This document shows positions 34,739 to 44,968 of a DNA stretch of 64,000 bases, in pieces. The translations under genes were made by a program, and so were the position numbers. The notes beneath the pieces were generated by a model that saw only the letters and a list, made by a program, of their open reading frames with translations, was not told where the DNA came from and made no database searches. Positions within the stretch are counted from its first letter, which is position 1. Every line of letters starts with the position of its first letter. Origin of the DNA: Patescibacteria group bacterium (GTDB taxonomy: Bacteria > Patescibacteriota > Doudnabacteria > UBA920); NCBI GenBank assembly GCA_036726225.1, contig DAIMCS010000003.1, forward strand, positions 9,769-73,768, read 5' to 3'.

Positions 34739-36436
34739 CTATTTTTTTAGTTTAACCACAGCCTTCATAAACCCCGCAAAAAGCGGATGCGGAGAAAGCG
34801 GGCGGGAAAGGAATTCCGGATGGAATTGTGTTCCCACAAAGAACGGATGGTTTTTAAGCTCAATTATTTCCACCAGCTTGCCGTCCGGCGTGGTGCCGGA
34901 AATCACCAGCCCGGCCTTAACTAACTGGTCGCGATATTCGTTATTAAATTCAAAACGATGGCGGTGGCGCTCGTTAATTTTAGCCTTGCCGTTTTTGCCA
35001 ATCCACTTGGCATCCAAGTAAGCTTTTTCTGTAACTGTTCCGCGCGAAATTATGCAATCCCAACCGCCCAACCGCATAGTGGCGCCGTATTCCCTGTTAA
35101 GCAGTTTCTTTTCCTGGTCCGGCATAATATGAATTACCGGATGCGGGTTGTCGTCGTCCACTTCCGTAGTGTTGGCTTTTTTTAATCCGGCAACATGGCG
35201 GGCATATTCAATCGTGGCCATTTGCATTCCATAGCATAAGCCTAAATACGGTACTTTGTTTTCGCGCGCGTACTTTACGGTTTCTATCATACCTTCTGTT
35301 CCCCTGCTGCCAAAACCACCGGGCACAACTATCCCGTCAAAACCGTGTAAAGTTTTCTTTGCGCCGTGTTTTTCTACATCCAGCGCAGAAATCCAGTGCA
35401 AATTAGCCTTAACATTATTCGCCCAGGACCCGTGCTTTATGGCTTCCACAACCGAAATGTATACATCGGCCAGTTTATAGGCGCCTGTCTCATAGTATTT
35501 GCCGACTACAGCAATCTCAACTTCGCGTTTGGATGAATTAATCCTGCTAATTTTGTTTATTAAATCTTTCCACTTTTTAAGCTTGGCCGCTTTTGGCTTC
35601 ATACCAAATTTTTGTAAAATTTTGTCCGTGAGCTTTTGTTGGTCAAAATTCATCGGCACCCTGTAAATACTGTCCACATTAGGCGCGGCAATAATATTTT
35701 GTGCCGGCACATTGCAAGTCCAGGCTAAAGTTTCTTTTCGCCTGTCATCCACCGGTTTTTCCGCGCGGGCTATTAAAAAGTCCGGCTGTATGCCGCTGCC
35801 AATTAACAAGCGGACCGATGTTTGCGCGGGCTTACTCTTCATTTCGCCAATGGAAGGAGGTGTGGGCAAATAAGCTACGTGAATATGCAAGACATCCCGT
35901 CCGTCGCGGTATTTCATAATCCGGTTGGCTTCCATAAACAAAATATTTTGGTACTCCCCTACTGTTCCGCCAATTTCCGCAATAACAAAATCCGCCTTAC
36001 GTTCCCGGGCAGCGGCTTCCAGGCGGCGGATAATTTCTTCGGGCACATGGAGGGCCACTTCAACATCTTCGCCGTCATACTCAAAATTTCTTTCTTTTTT
36101 TATTATATTTTGGTAAATTTGGCCGTTGGTAATGTAGTTGGAAGCAGACAGGTCCGCATTCATAAACCTTTCGTAATTTCCCAAATCCTGGTCAGTTTCC
36201 ATACCGTCTTTAGTCACAAACACTTCCCCGTGTTCCTGCGGCCTTATTGTGCCTGCGTCCACATTTAAATACGCGTCCATTTTTACCGGCGCAACCCTAA
36301 AACCCCTAGATTCCAAAAGTGCCGCCAAAGAAGCGGTTGTTACACCTTTACCAACACTAGATATTACTCCGCCGGAAACAAAAATGAATTTAGTGTCTAA
36401 CTTTTTCGCTTTTCTTGGCTTGATATGATATGACAT
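34739..36436 (-). CDS. pyrG: CTP synthase
   Basis: FVSGGVISSVGKG and a glutamine-amidotransferase C-terminal domain (GLCYGMQ). Confidence 0.9.
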   Translation of the reverse strand: MSYHIKPRKAKKLDTKFIFVSGGVISSVGKGVTTASLAALLESRGFRVAPVKMDAYLNVDAGTIRPQEHGEVFVTKDGMETDQDLGNYERFMNADLSASNYITNGQIYQNIIKKERNFEYDGEDVEVALHVPEEIIRRLEAAARERKADFVIAEIGGTVGEYQNILFMEANRIMKYRDGRDVLHIHVAYLPTPPSIGEMKSKPAQTSVRLLIGSGIQPDFLIARAEKPVDDRRKETLAWTCNVPAQNIIAAPNVDSIYRVPMNFDQQKLTDKILQKFGMKPKAAKLKKWKDLINKISRINSSKREVEIAVVGKYYETGAYKLADVYISVVEAIKHGSWANNVKANLHWISALDVEKHGAKKTLHGFDGIVVPGGFGSRGTEGMIETVKYARENKVPYLGLCYGMQMATIEYARHVAGLKKANTTEVDDDNPHPVIHIMPDQEKKLLNREYGATMRLGGWDCIISRGTVTEKAYLDAKWIGKNGKAKINERHRHRFEFNNEYRDQLVKAGLVISGTTPDGKLVEIIELKNHPFFVGTQFHPEFLSRPLSPHPLFAGFMKAVVKLKK

Positions 36437-36470
36437 GTGATAAATTGTGTCATTCTGAATGACACATTAA

Positions 36471-37085
36471 TTATTTAGTAAATTTAAAAGTTGAAAGTAT
36501 CTCACTAAACCCGGGTTCAATGCCTAGTAATATATATGCAAACCCATTTTTTCTGACAAAAACAGCGCCACCATTGTTTCCGCTATCATCAATAACTGAA
36601 TAATATTTTCCTATTATACCGTCTAAAGTAATATTTTTTTCCGAAACCGCACTCTCGGCATATTTTTTTTGCTCATCATTTATCTGTTCATCGTTTTCCG
36701 GTACAACCGCGATTGATGATATCCCATGAGAATTTTGATCCTTGATTTCAAATACTCCATACGGATGCTCGCCTACGTCGACCTGCTCTACAGTCGCATT
36801 GGACGGATATTTTAACTCAAACCTAAACGTTTGACTCTTGTAAGCTTTCCAACCTTCGCTTTTATTCACCCTATGCACCGGCAAACCGCCTTCGGTTTCG
36901 TAGTAAAGCTTTTGGCGGTAAATACTTTGCTGGTAGGAAAAAACGGCTAAGCCAATTCCGGAAAACAAAAGTGCTGCCATTAAAATCAATAACAGGTTTT
37001 TAAGACGGGGATTTTTTGTAAAAAGATCCTGGGGTATATTTTCAAAGCCTGTTGGCTGCGAATTGTTTTGACTGAAATTGTCCAT
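36471..37085 (-). CDS. hypothetical membrane-anchored protein
   Basis: 204 aa with one TM segment (LLLILMAALLFSGIGLAVF). Confidence 0.45.
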   Translation of the reverse strand: MDNFSQNNSQPTGFENIPQDLFTKNPRLKNLLLILMAALLFSGIGLAVFSYQQSIYRQKLYYETEGGLPVHRVNKSEGWKAYKSQTFRFELKYPSNATVEQVDVGEHPYGVFEIKDQNSHGISSIAVVPENDEQINDEQKKYAESAVSEKNITLDGIIGKYYSVIDDSGNNGGAVFVRKNGFAYILLGIEPGFSEILSTFKFTK

Positions 37086-37531
37086 TAGTTTGGTTCTATT
37101 TTAATCTTTATGCTCGCAGTTATGCCGCTTGCCAGCTTTAACTTTACCTGATGTTCGCCTAATTCTTTAATGGGCTTGGTTAAATCCACCTGATTTTTTT
37201 CCAAAGACAAATTAGTTTTTCCGTTTACAGCGCTTAAAACATCTTTTTCATGAACACCGGAAAAAATTTGGCCTTTGTCCCCTACTTTGACCTTAATTGT
37301 GAATACCCGCTTTTCTAAGTCCTGCTTTGCGGATTGCAGGCGCACAATTTCGCGCCGGTGCTTATCGTCAGCCTCTTTTTGTTCCTTGGCTACTTTAGTC
37401 TGGATTTCGGTGGTGGCAACCTGCGCAAAGCCTTTGGCAATTAGGAAGTTTTTGGCAAAACCGTCACTCACCTCTTTTATTTCCCCTTTTCTGCCCTGAC
37501 TTGGGGAATCTTTAATAAATATAACTTTCAT
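37085..37531 (-). CDS. rplI: 50S ribosomal protein L9
   Basis: [30 protein letters not shown]. The start is set at the ATG at 37531 rather than the track's 37549. Confidence 0.8.
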   Translation of the reverse strand: MKVIFIKDSPSQGRKGEIKEVSDGFAKNFLIAKGFAQVATTEIQTKVAKEQKEADDKHRREIVRLQSAKQDLEKRVFTIKVKVGDKGQIFSGVHEKDVLSAVNGKTNLSLEKNQVDLTKPIKELGEHQVKLKLASGITASIKIKIEPN

Positions 37532-37717
37532 ATGAAAACAGATGTACACTGATTAATTACTGATAACACGGATCCGTGTCTTTTCGTTTCTTTGTCTGTG
37601 TCAGTCGGTGTGTCCCAACAAAAAAGAGCCCATTTCGCGAGAGTCGCTTTTTGGGCTCTTTCTTAGTATATAAGATTAAAGTAGTTTGTCAATAACTCAA
37701 AATTGCTCTTAATTAAG

Positions 37718-38635
37718 CTAAATTCTTAGATATTTTCTAATGGCCAGCAGAGTTGAAAGCACGGACAAAAACAAAGCTAGGCCAAAAAGAATGAGGATTA
37801 GGTAAGCAAAGTTAAACAGGTTGTTGCTGTAAAAGCTTACCTGGGGGTTTACGTAGCCAATAACTTTGGGAAGGATTCTTGTGAAGATTGGAATAAATAA
37901 AGCGGTGGTAATTGCACTTGAAAAAATACTGTACAAAATACTTTCTACTAAAAACGGTCCCTGAATATACCAGTTAGTTGCGCCCACCAGGCGCATAATT
38001 TCCACTTCTTCTTTGCGGTTATAAATAGTTAGCGTAATGGTGTTGTAAATTACCAAAATGGCAATTACAGAAAAAACAATAACTAAACCTAAGCCGAAAG
38101 TAATAATAAATTTTAAAATTTTCTCCAGGCGTTCAATAACCAGCCGGTTGTCCTCGAAATTTACTTTGTCTATAAAATTTTTGTACTCCGCGGCCTGCAA
38201 CTTTTCTGAAACAGCGGGATAGTCGGCGAGCTCATGTGTTTTAATGTGCAAAGTGGCGGGAAGCGGGTTTTCCGTAAGCTCATTTAAAGACTGCATTATA
38301 AGCGGGTCACTTTGGTGGTTGGCTTTAAACTCTTCAAACGCTTGCGCTGCGGAGACGTAATCCACCTCTTTAACTTTCGGGTCAGCAGTCATAGCGTTCT
38401 TAATAGAGTTAATCTGTTCCTCCGCAAGGCCAATTTTAAAATACACGCTAATGTCCACCGTGTTTTGAATAGTTTTAATGGAATAATTGGTCAACATAAA
38501 TAATAAAAACAACGTGGAAAAAATAACTAAGGTTATGGTCATAACCATAGTCGCCGCGGTTGAAAGCCACAAATTTCTTCCAAAATTTGTAAAACCGGTT
38601 TTTATTACCCTAAAAAATGAAATTGAATCTAACAT
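37718..38635 (-). CDS. ftsX: cell-division ABC transporter permease FtsX
   Basis: FtsX topology and C-terminal motifs. Adjacent to ftsE. Confidence 0.8.
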   Translation of the reverse strand: MLDSISFFRVIKTGFTNFGRNLWLSTAATMVMTITLVIFSTLFLLFMLTNYSIKTIQNTVDISVYFKIGLAEEQINSIKNAMTADPKVKEVDYVSAAQAFEEFKANHQSDPLIMQSLNELTENPLPATLHIKTHELADYPAVSEKLQAAEYKNFIDKVNFEDNRLVIERLEKILKFIITFGLGLVIVFSVIAILVIYNTITLTIYNRKEEVEIMRLVGATNWYIQGPFLVESILYSIFSSAITTALFIPIFTRILPKVIGYVNPQVSFYSNNLFNFAYLILILFGLALFLSVLSTLLAIRKYLRI

Positions 38636-38678
38636 AAATAGCTTGTAGCGAGAAGCGTCTAGCGTGTAGGTCTACACA

Positions 38679-39377
38679 CTAAAGTTTATACTTGCCTTTC
38701 TCTTGCTCTAGTGTTATTTTCCCGTCCTCGATTGTAATAACCCGCTTTTTAATTTTATTTACCAAGTCAGACGCGTGCGTGGCTAAAATTACTGTTGTAC
38801 CGAGCTGGTTAATTTTTAAAAGCAAATCTAAAACTTCAGCGGCATTCACTTCATCCAGGTTCCCTGTAGGTTCGTCGGCCAAAAGCAGTACAGGCCTATG
38901 CGAAAGTGAACGGGCAATGGCCACGCGTTGCTTTTCACCGCCCGACATTTCGTGTGGAAAACTGTCCTTTTTATGCAAAAGTCCCACTAGTTCTAAAACT
39001 TTTGGGACTTCTTCTCTAATTTTTTCTAAGGCATGGCCGCAAACTTCCATAGCAAAAGCCACATTTTCAAAAGCAGTGCGTTTGGGCAGAAGCTTAATGT
39101 CCTGGAAAACCATACCAATTTTCCTTCTTAAATAAGGCAAATCTGCCTTACGGACTTCTGTAATGTCTATGTCGTCAATTAAAATTTTTCCGCCGTCAAT
39201 TTTTTCTTCGCCAATAATTAGCTTAAGTAAAGTGGTTTTTCCCGCTCCGGAGAGACCGACAAGAGAAATAAATTCGCCCTGGTTAATTTGCAAATTTATG
39301 CCATTTAAGGCAAGGGAACTGTTCTCGTAATTTTTTACTACGTTTTGGAACTTGATCATTTTTTGTATAAAAAACAA
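38679..39377 (-). CDS. ftsE: cell-division ATP-binding protein FtsE
   Basis: GLSGAGKTTLLK, LSGGEKQRVAIARSL and LLLADEPTGNLD. Confidence 0.85.
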   Translation of the reverse strand: MFFIQKMIKFQNVVKNYENSSLALNGINLQINQGEFISLVGLSGAGKTTLLKLIIGEEKIDGGKILIDDIDITEVRKADLPYLRRKIGMVFQDIKLLPKRTAFENVAFAMEVCGHALEKIREEVPKVLELVGLLHKKDSFPHEMSGGEKQRVAIARSLSHRPVLLLADEPTGNLDEVNAAEVLDLLLKINQLGTTVILATHASDLVNKIKKRVITIEDGKITLEQEKGKYKL

Positions 39378-39439
39378 ACCCTAATAAATAAGCTAGTAAA
39401 TTGCATTATAGCATTAATTTACTATTTTCAAAAATTTAT

Positions 39440-40624
39440 TCAGGCAGTTTTCCCGCCCGCTGCCTGTTCTAAATATTTTTCCACAAGTTCGTCCAATTCC
39501 CCGTTTAAAACACTATCCGGGTCGCTGGTTTCAAAGTCAGTCCTGTGGTCTTTAACCATTTTGTATGGATGTAAAACGTAAGAGCGGATTTGGTTGCCCC
39601 ATTCTGCAGATTTAAACTCCCCACGGATCTCCTGTTTTTCTTTTTGCAGCTTTTCTTCTTCCAGGGTTTTAAGCCTGGACATTAAAATTTTCATTGCCAC
39701 TTCCCTGTTTTGGTGCTGGCTGCGTTCGTTTTGGATGGAAACTTTTATGCCGCTTGGAATATGTGTAATGCGAATGGCCGAATAGGTTGTGTTAACGCTT
39801 TGTCCGCCGTGCCCGCTGGCGGTGTTGGCCTCAATTTTTAAATCTTTTTCATCTACCTTAAATTCTTCTTTTTCTTCCAAAAGCGGCAGGAGTTCTAAAA
39901 GCGCGAACGATGTTTCCCGGGTGTGAGCGGGGTTGAAGGGCGATAATCGTACGAGCCTATGTACACCCGCTTCGCTTTTTAAAAGTCCATACGCATAAGT
40001 CCCGTGGACTTCCACCACTGCTGTCTTAACCCCGTTTTGGTCCCCCCTTGAGAGTTCCAAAACTTCCGTAGTAAAACCTTTGCGTTCGCAATAGCGCAAA
40101 AACATTCTAAGCAGCATTTCGGCCCAGTCCTGTGCGTCTACTCCGCCGGCTCCGGAATGAATGGAAAAAATTGCGTTATGGTCGTCGTATTTTTTGGAGA
40201 GCAAGGCGACAAAACGGTTTTGTTTGTATAAATTTTCTAAACTTTCAATTTGTTTTTTTAGATAATCTAAATCATTTTCACCCCTCCCTAGCCCTCCCCC
40301 TAAAGGGGAGGGAACGGCTGCAGCTTCCCCTCCCTTGATGGGAGGGGTTAGGGGAGGGTGGTTTTCTTTAGATAAGTCTTTAACTAACTCCAAATTCTCA
40401 ACAACTTGTTTTTCCAAATTTTGCCAAAAATCGTAAAACTTTTTTAGCTGGTCGTACTCTTGGGAAACTTTTTTAGCATGCTGATTGTCTGCCCAAAAAT
40501 TTGGCTGCTGCATTAAATCTTCCAATTCCAAAATCTTTTGCTCTTTTTGCGGCAAATTTAAATGGATTTTAAGATTTAAGATTTCAGATTTAAGATTTTC
40601 AAGGCGCTTAATAAGGTCGTTCAT
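39440..40624 (-). CDS. prfB: peptide chain release factor 2 with no programmed frameshift, carrying an in-frame 28-aa insertion
   Basis: SPF and GGQ motifs (RLSPFNPAHTRETSFA, SGHGGQSVNTT). 394 aa against a typical length of about 365. Confidence 0.85.
   Translation of the reverse strand: MNDLIKRLENLKSEILNLKIHLNLPQKEQKILELEDLMQQPNFWADNQHAKKVSQEYDQLKKFYDFWQNLEKQVVENLELVKDLSKENHPPLTPPIKGGEAAAVPSPLGGGLGRGENDLDYLKKQIESLENLYKQNRFVALLSKKYDDHNAIFSIHSGAGGVDAQDWAEMLLRMFLRYCERKGFTTEVLELSRGDQNGVKTAVVEVHGTYAYGLLKSEAGVHRLVRLSPFNPAHTRETSFALLELLPLLEEKEEFKVDEKDLKIEANTASGHGGQSVNTTYSAIRITHIPSGIKVSIQNERSQHQNREVAMKILMSRLKTLEEEKLQKEKQEIRGEFKSAEWGNQIRSYVLHPYKMVKDHRTDFETSDPDSVLNGELDELVEKYLEQAAGGKTA
40279..40361. 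repeat. family A GC-palindrome as two inverted units, inserted in frame in prfB and encoding NHPPLTPPIKGGEAAAVPSPLGGGLGRGE
   Basis: CACCCCTCCCTAGCCCTCCCCCTAAAGGGGAGGG...CCCCTCCCTTGATGGGAGGGGTTAGGGGAGGGTGG. Confidence 0.7.
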
Positions 40625-40716
40625 AAATATGATTATTGCAAAAAATGCTCTTAAAGTCTAGAAATTAAAAGGCGCCGGAGTCAAAAGTGACCCGGGCGCC
40701 TGGTTTGGGCTGGCGG

Positions 40717-41184
40717 CTATTTGTGACGGCTGAAAATTCCGCGAAACCAGGACATCTGACGCGGAGGTTGGACCGGTTTTTCCGTTTCTTCCGATCGCTC
40801 CTTTATCCACGCCTCTATTTCCTCCTTCGACGGCATTACTTCTGCCGCGTGATTTTCGCACAGCTCAATACTTCGGACACAAAACAGTCTTATGAGCTGC
40901 GAAAGGGGTGTTGATCTGTTTTCGCTTAATCTTTCCATCAGTGGATAGACATCCTGTTCAAGCTTGATGAATTTTCGACCGGCAGGCGGTTCTTCAGTAG
41001 CTGGGAGAATTGGCTTAAACAGGGTCCCGCAAAATTCAGATCTGACCATCACATAACTAAAGTGATTTACCCATCTCTGCAAGGGCTGGTTTCCTGTCCT
41101 TGCGAGAAGGATATTTAGCCGCTCTTGTTCTGATTCTTTTAGGGCAAAGCTTACGCTAAGCCACTTTTGGGTGCTGTCTTCCAT
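40717..41184 (-). CDS. hypothetical protein, GC-elevated. Start set at MEDSTQ; the track's 41340 start would overlap folA.
   Basis: About 48% GC. A minus-strand terminator AGGCGCCCGG...CCGGCGCCT-TTTTAATTT lies at 40672..40705. Confidence 0.45.
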   Translation of the reverse strand: MEDSTQKWLSVSFALKESEQERLNILLARTGNQPLQRWVNHFSYVMVRSEFCGTLFKPILPATEEPPAGRKFIKLEQDVYPLMERLSENRSTPLSQLIRLFCVRSIELCENHAAEVMPSKEEIEAWIKERSEETEKPVQPPRQMSWFRGIFSRHK

Positions 41185-41269
41185 CGGGTGTCCTCTTGTT
41201 TGGCGCGAAGACCCCGTAGGATAAACTTTTGAAAGTATATCAAAAAAGCCCTTGAGAATCAAGGGCTTT

Positions 41270-41746
41270 TTAGTCTTTCCTTTTGTACTTTGCGAAAGTG
41301 AATTTTTTGTGCTTTTCTTCTTCGAGCTTTTCCCATTCACTCCATTTTATGGCCGGGAAAAAAGCGTCGCCCAAATAATTTTCGTGAACATGGGTTATGT
41401 ACATTAAATTTGCAAGAGGCAGGGCCAGTTTATAAATTTCCGCGCCGCCAATTATGTAAATATCTTCCGGCAATGACTTTATTGCCTCATCTAATGACGA
41501 AAAAACTAAAACGCCTTCAGGCGCTTTGTAGTCTTTTTGCCTGCTTATAATTACATTTTTTCTGTTGGGTAAAGGTTTGCCCAGGCGTTTTAAAATAGAT
41601 TCAAAAGTTTTCCTGCCCATTAGGACAGTTTTGCCTAAAGTCAATTCCTTGAAGTGTTTTAAGTCCTCGGGCAAATGCCACGGCAAATCATTGTCCTTGC
41701 CAATGACCAGATTTTCAGCTACCGCGACTGGGCCTAAGATAATCAT
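41270..41746 (-). CDS. folA: dihydrofolate reductase
   Basis: IGKDNDLPWHLPEDLKHFKELTLGKTVLMGRKTFESI. Confidence 0.85.
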   Translation of the reverse strand: MIILGPVAVAENLVIGKDNDLPWHLPEDLKHFKELTLGKTVLMGRKTFESILKRLGKPLPNRKNVIISRQKDYKAPEGVLVFSSLDEAIKSLPEDIYIIGGAEIYKLALPLANLMYITHVHENYLGDAFFPAIKWSEWEKLEEEKHKKFTFAKYKRKD

Positions 41747-41814
41747 TTTTAGAGGAGTTAGGATTTAGGAGATAGGAAATATACGGCTAATTCCTAATTC
41801 CCATTTCCTAATTC

Positions 41815-42627
41815 CTAAATCGCTATCGGGGCCTTTATACTCGGATGCGGGTCGTAGCCTTCTAGAGTAAAATCTTCGTATTTGAAACTAAATATGTCTT
41901 TAACCTCCGGATTGATTTTCATCTTTGGCAAAGGTTTGGGTTCGCGTGACAACTGAAGCTTCACTTGTTCAAAATGGTTGTTATAAATATGAACATCGCC
42001 AAAAGTGTGCACAAAATCGCCCAATTCCCTGCCGGTTACCTGCGCCATCATCATTGTGAGCAAAGAGTAAGATGCTATGTTAAAAGGCACACCTAAAAAT
42101 GTGTCGGCTGAACGTTGGTAGAGCTGGCAGGAAAGTTTGTTGTTGGCCACATAAAATTGGAACATAGTATGGCAAGGCGGCGGCGCGGTTTTTTTGCCGG
42201 CAATTAAGCTCTGCAAATCTGCCACGTTCCAGCCCGAAACTATCATTCTGCGGTTGTCAGGATTATTTTTTATTTGGTCAACCACGTAGGAAATTTGGTC
42301 GTAACTCTCGCCGTTGTAACCTTTCCACGCCCGCCATTGTTTGCCGTAAACAGGCCCTAGGTCCCCGTTTGCGTCAGCCCACTCATCCCAAATTCTTACA
42401 CCGTTGTCGTTTAAATATTTAATGTTGGTGTCGCCTTTTAAAAACCAAAGCAGCTCGTAAATTATGGATTTGGTGTGAACTTTTTTTGTTGTAAGGAGCG
42501 GAAAACCCTCGGCGAGATTAAATCTCATCTGATATCCAAAAATTGACCTTGTGCCGGTGCCTGTGCGGTCGTGCTTTTGCACGCCTTCGTCCATTATTTT
42601 TTGCAGTAAATTTAAATAAGTTTTCAT
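41815..42627 (-). CDS. thyA: thymidylate synthase (ThyA type)
   Basis: [12 protein letters not shown] is the catalytic Cys region. 270 aa. Confidence 0.9.
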   Translation of the reverse strand: MKTYLNLLQKIMDEGVQKHDRTGTGTRSIFGYQMRFNLAEGFPLLTTKKVHTKSIIYELLWFLKGDTNIKYLNDNGVRIWDEWADANGDLGPVYGKQWRAWKGYNGESYDQISYVVDQIKNNPDNRRMIVSGWNVADLQSLIAGKKTAPPPCHTMFQFYVANNKLSCQLYQRSADTFLGVPFNIASYSLLTMMMAQVTGRELGDFVHTFGDVHIYNNHFEQVKLQLSREPKPLPKMKINPEVKDIFSFKYEDFTLEGYDPHPSIKAPIAI

Positions 42628-42629
42628 AT

Positions 42630-43364
42630 TTATGGTTTTTTTAAGTCAATTAGCACAATTCTTCTAACTAATTCCCAAACCCGGCCGTGGACTTCCGGCG
42701 GGGTAAGCAGTTTCCCTTCCTCCACACACTCAACCAGTCTCGTGTTAGGGAATAATTTGGAAATTTCCAAATAAACTTTTTCCGCGTTTTTTAAATGTTT
42801 AATGTCGGCTTCGTGCAAGTCCCGTTTTTTTCCGTTTACGTATTTTCTGGATTCCGCACTTTTTTTATCTACGAGTTTTTGCGCCATAGCCGCGGGCATG
42901 TGAAGAATAATATTAAGGTCAGGCTTGGGAATGTCAAAAATTACGTATTCTAAGTTGTTAAGCCATTTAAAAAATTTCAAACGCTGGAAATCGTCCTCAA
43001 TTTTTCCTCCCTGGTGTCCCGCGTTGGCGGTAACGTAACGGTTAGAAATTACAATTTTTCCCGCATCTAACCACTCTCTAATTTTGACAGAAGCGTCAAA
43101 CCGGTCAATGGCGTAAAAAATTGACGCCGCATGGGGGCCGACCTTGCCGTATTTGCCGTTTAGGTATTCTTCAATCATGCCCGCGGACTTTGTGCCGTAC
43201 TGGGGGAAGTCTGTCATTTCCACTTCGTACTCGTGCAGCTTAAGTTCTTTGACCAACAGGTCGGTTTGAGTCGCCTTGCCGCTGCCGTCAGTTCCGTCTA
43301 TAACAATAAAACGCCCTATACGGGCTTTTTTCTTTGTTGATTTTCCAAATTTTAAGAGCGCCAT
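42630..43364 (-). CDS. tmk: thymidylate kinase-like
   Basis: P-loop [30 protein letters not shown] and lid motifs. Confidence 0.65.
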   Translation of the reverse strand: MALLKFGKSTKKKARIGRFIVIDGTDGSGKATQTDLLVKELKLHEYEVEMTDFPQYGTKSAGMIEEYLNGKYGKVGPHAASIFYAIDRFDASVKIREWLDAGKIVISNRYVTANAGHQGGKIEDDFQRLKFFKWLNNLEYVIFDIPKPDLNIILHMPAAMAQKLVDKKSAESRKYVNGKKRDLHEADIKHLKNAEKVYLEISKLFPNTRLVECVEEGKLLTPPEVHGRVWELVRRIVLIDLKKP

Positions 43365-43365
43365 A

Positions 43366-43902
43366 TTATTTTATTTGTTTCATTGTCTCATCTATTTTCG
43401 CGTAAAATTCGTTTAAAGTCCCGACATTCTCAATTTTAAATTCTGCCTGTTTTCCAAGTTCAGGGATCCGCACTTCAGTCGGGCCGTTTTCCTGCTCTTT
43501 AAATTCCTCAAAACCCATTTGGGCGTCGTCCGTCTTTTCGTGTCTTTTGTTATAACGGTCAAACCTCATTTCCACCGGCGCCGTAATATAAATTGTGGTT
43601 CCGCCCCACTGCTTTACCACTTCCATTTCATCCATGCGAATGCCGTTTACAATTACAAATTTAGTCCAGGACTGCTTAATGCGTTTTTCCAGGGCGTTAA
43701 TAAGCACGTGGTCGCCAAAAATTTTGCGCAGTCCCAAGCCCAGGTCAATTTCATTTTTTCTGGAAATTGGTAAATTGAGTTCTTCTAACACCGCGTCTAA
43801 AATATGGGTAAACCGAAAATGCTCTGCTCCATATTTTTGGACCATATAGTTGGCCGCGGTATCCTTGCCCGCTAATTTTTCACCCACCAGCCCTATAATC
43901 AT
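43366..43902 (-). CDS. P-loop nucleotide kinase (dNMP / deoxynucleoside kinase-like)
   Basis: Walker A GLVGEKLAGKDT within the dNTP operon. Confidence 0.4.
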   Translation of the reverse strand: MIIGLVGEKLAGKDTAANYMVQKYGAEHFRFTHILDAVLEELNLPISRKNEIDLGLGLRKIFGDHVLINALEKRIKQSWTKFVIVNGIRMDEMEVVKQWGGTTIYITAPVEMRFDRYNKRHEKTDDAQMGFEEFKEQENGPTEVRIPELGKQAEFKIENVGTLNEFYAKIDETMKQIK

Positions 43903-43985
43903 AAATTCGAAATTACAATTTCGAAATCCGAAAAATATCTAATTTTTAAATTCAAATATTTTTTTTCGAATTTCGTGCTTAGTAT

Positions 43986-44420
43986 TTATTTATACCCGCC
44001 TGTACTTCCAATCCCTCCTCTGTCATTTTCCCGCAAGTGGTTAACCTCTTCCCAAACCGCCTGCTGAACCGGTAAAAAAATGCCCTGTGCCAGTCGTTCC
44101 CCTTTTTTTACTTCAACCGGCCTGCTGGTAAAATTATAAACTATAATGTGGATTTCGTCATTGGGGCCGGCATAATCCGGGTCTACCACTCCTATGCCAT
44201 TTGCCATAGCCAAGCCCTTTTTTAGCGGCAGGCTGCTGCGGGCCGCTATAAGCAAAAAATGCCCTTTTGGGGCCTCAATAACCAGTCCTGTGGGGATTTT
44301 TACCACCTCGCCGGGAGCAACAGTTGTATCTATACTGGCTGCAATATCAAAGCCGGCAGATTCAGTGGTGTGGTATTTTGGCAACGGGACGTCGGCAGAT
44401 TTTTTAATCCGGACTTTCAT
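43986..44420 (-). CDS. dut: dUTP pyrophosphatase
   Basis: ESAGFDIAA, GVVDPDYAG and C-terminal RGGIGSTGGY. Confidence 0.75.
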   Translation of the reverse strand: MKVRIKKSADVPLPKYHTTESAGFDIAASIDTTVAPGEVVKIPTGLVIEAPKGHFLLIAARSSLPLKKGLAMANGIGVVDPDYAGPNDEIHIIVYNFTSRPVEVKKGERLAQGIFLPVQQAVWEEVNHLRENDRGGIGSTGGYK

Positions 44421-44425
44421 TGATT

Positions 44426-44968
44426 TTAGATAGCTTTAATTACCTCATCAATTTTTAAAAAAAGCTCTTGTAAACTTCCTTCGTTAACAATAGCCCAATC
44501 TGCTCTGGCAATCGGTCCGGCCTGGTGCAAATTTTCAATCTGGGAATAATCGCGCGAAACCAATTCTTCTTCCTTCAGTGGGCGAAATGGTCTTATTTTC
44601 ATCCGTTCAATTCTGGTTTTGGGACTTGCGTAAATTCCCAGAACTTTAAAATTTTCTCCGAATTCTTTTTTCAGCTCCAAATATTCCTCCCAAGAGTACA
44701 TACTTTCTAAAATTACGCCGGAGTTTTGGAAAGTGGATTTTATTTTGGGCATATTGGCAATAGCCATGGCTGCCATGCCGTCTTTGACGCGAAATTCTTC
44801 CCTAACCTGCCGCTCCCCTGCTTCACCCGGCGTGCCGCGGCGCGCGGCTTCATCCACCACTGCCTGTCCAAAATAAATTTTTGGCCAACCTAATTTTTTA
44901 ATGATGTATTCCGTGGCTTCCGTCTTACCCGCGCCGGGCAAGCCAACAATGGCCAGTAAAATTTTCAT
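44426..44968 (-). CDS. P-loop nucleotide kinase (NMP kinase-like)
   Basis: Walker A VGLPGAGKTE. 180 aa. Confidence 0.4.
   Translation of the reverse strand: MKILLAIVGLPGAGKTEATEYIIKKLGWPKIYFGQAVVDEAARRGTPGEAGERQVREEFRVKDGMAAMAIANMPKIKSTFQNSGVILESMYSWEEYLELKKEFGENFKVLGIYASPKTRIERMKIRPFRPLKEEELVSRDYSQIENLHQAGPIARADWAIVNEGSLQELFLKIDEVIKAI

Noticed and set aside
40561-40610. Five tandem AGATTTN heptads near the prfB 5' end, as a regulatory repeat
   Set aside because: They lie inside the coding sequence (codons 9-20, ENLKSEILNLKI). AT-rich codon usage for a Leu/Lys-rich helix explains them.
41185-41340. Upstream extension of the 40717 ORF to 41340
   Set aside because: It would overlap the 3' 70 nt of folA on the same strand. 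An internal Met (MEDSTQ) at 41184 avoids the overlap.
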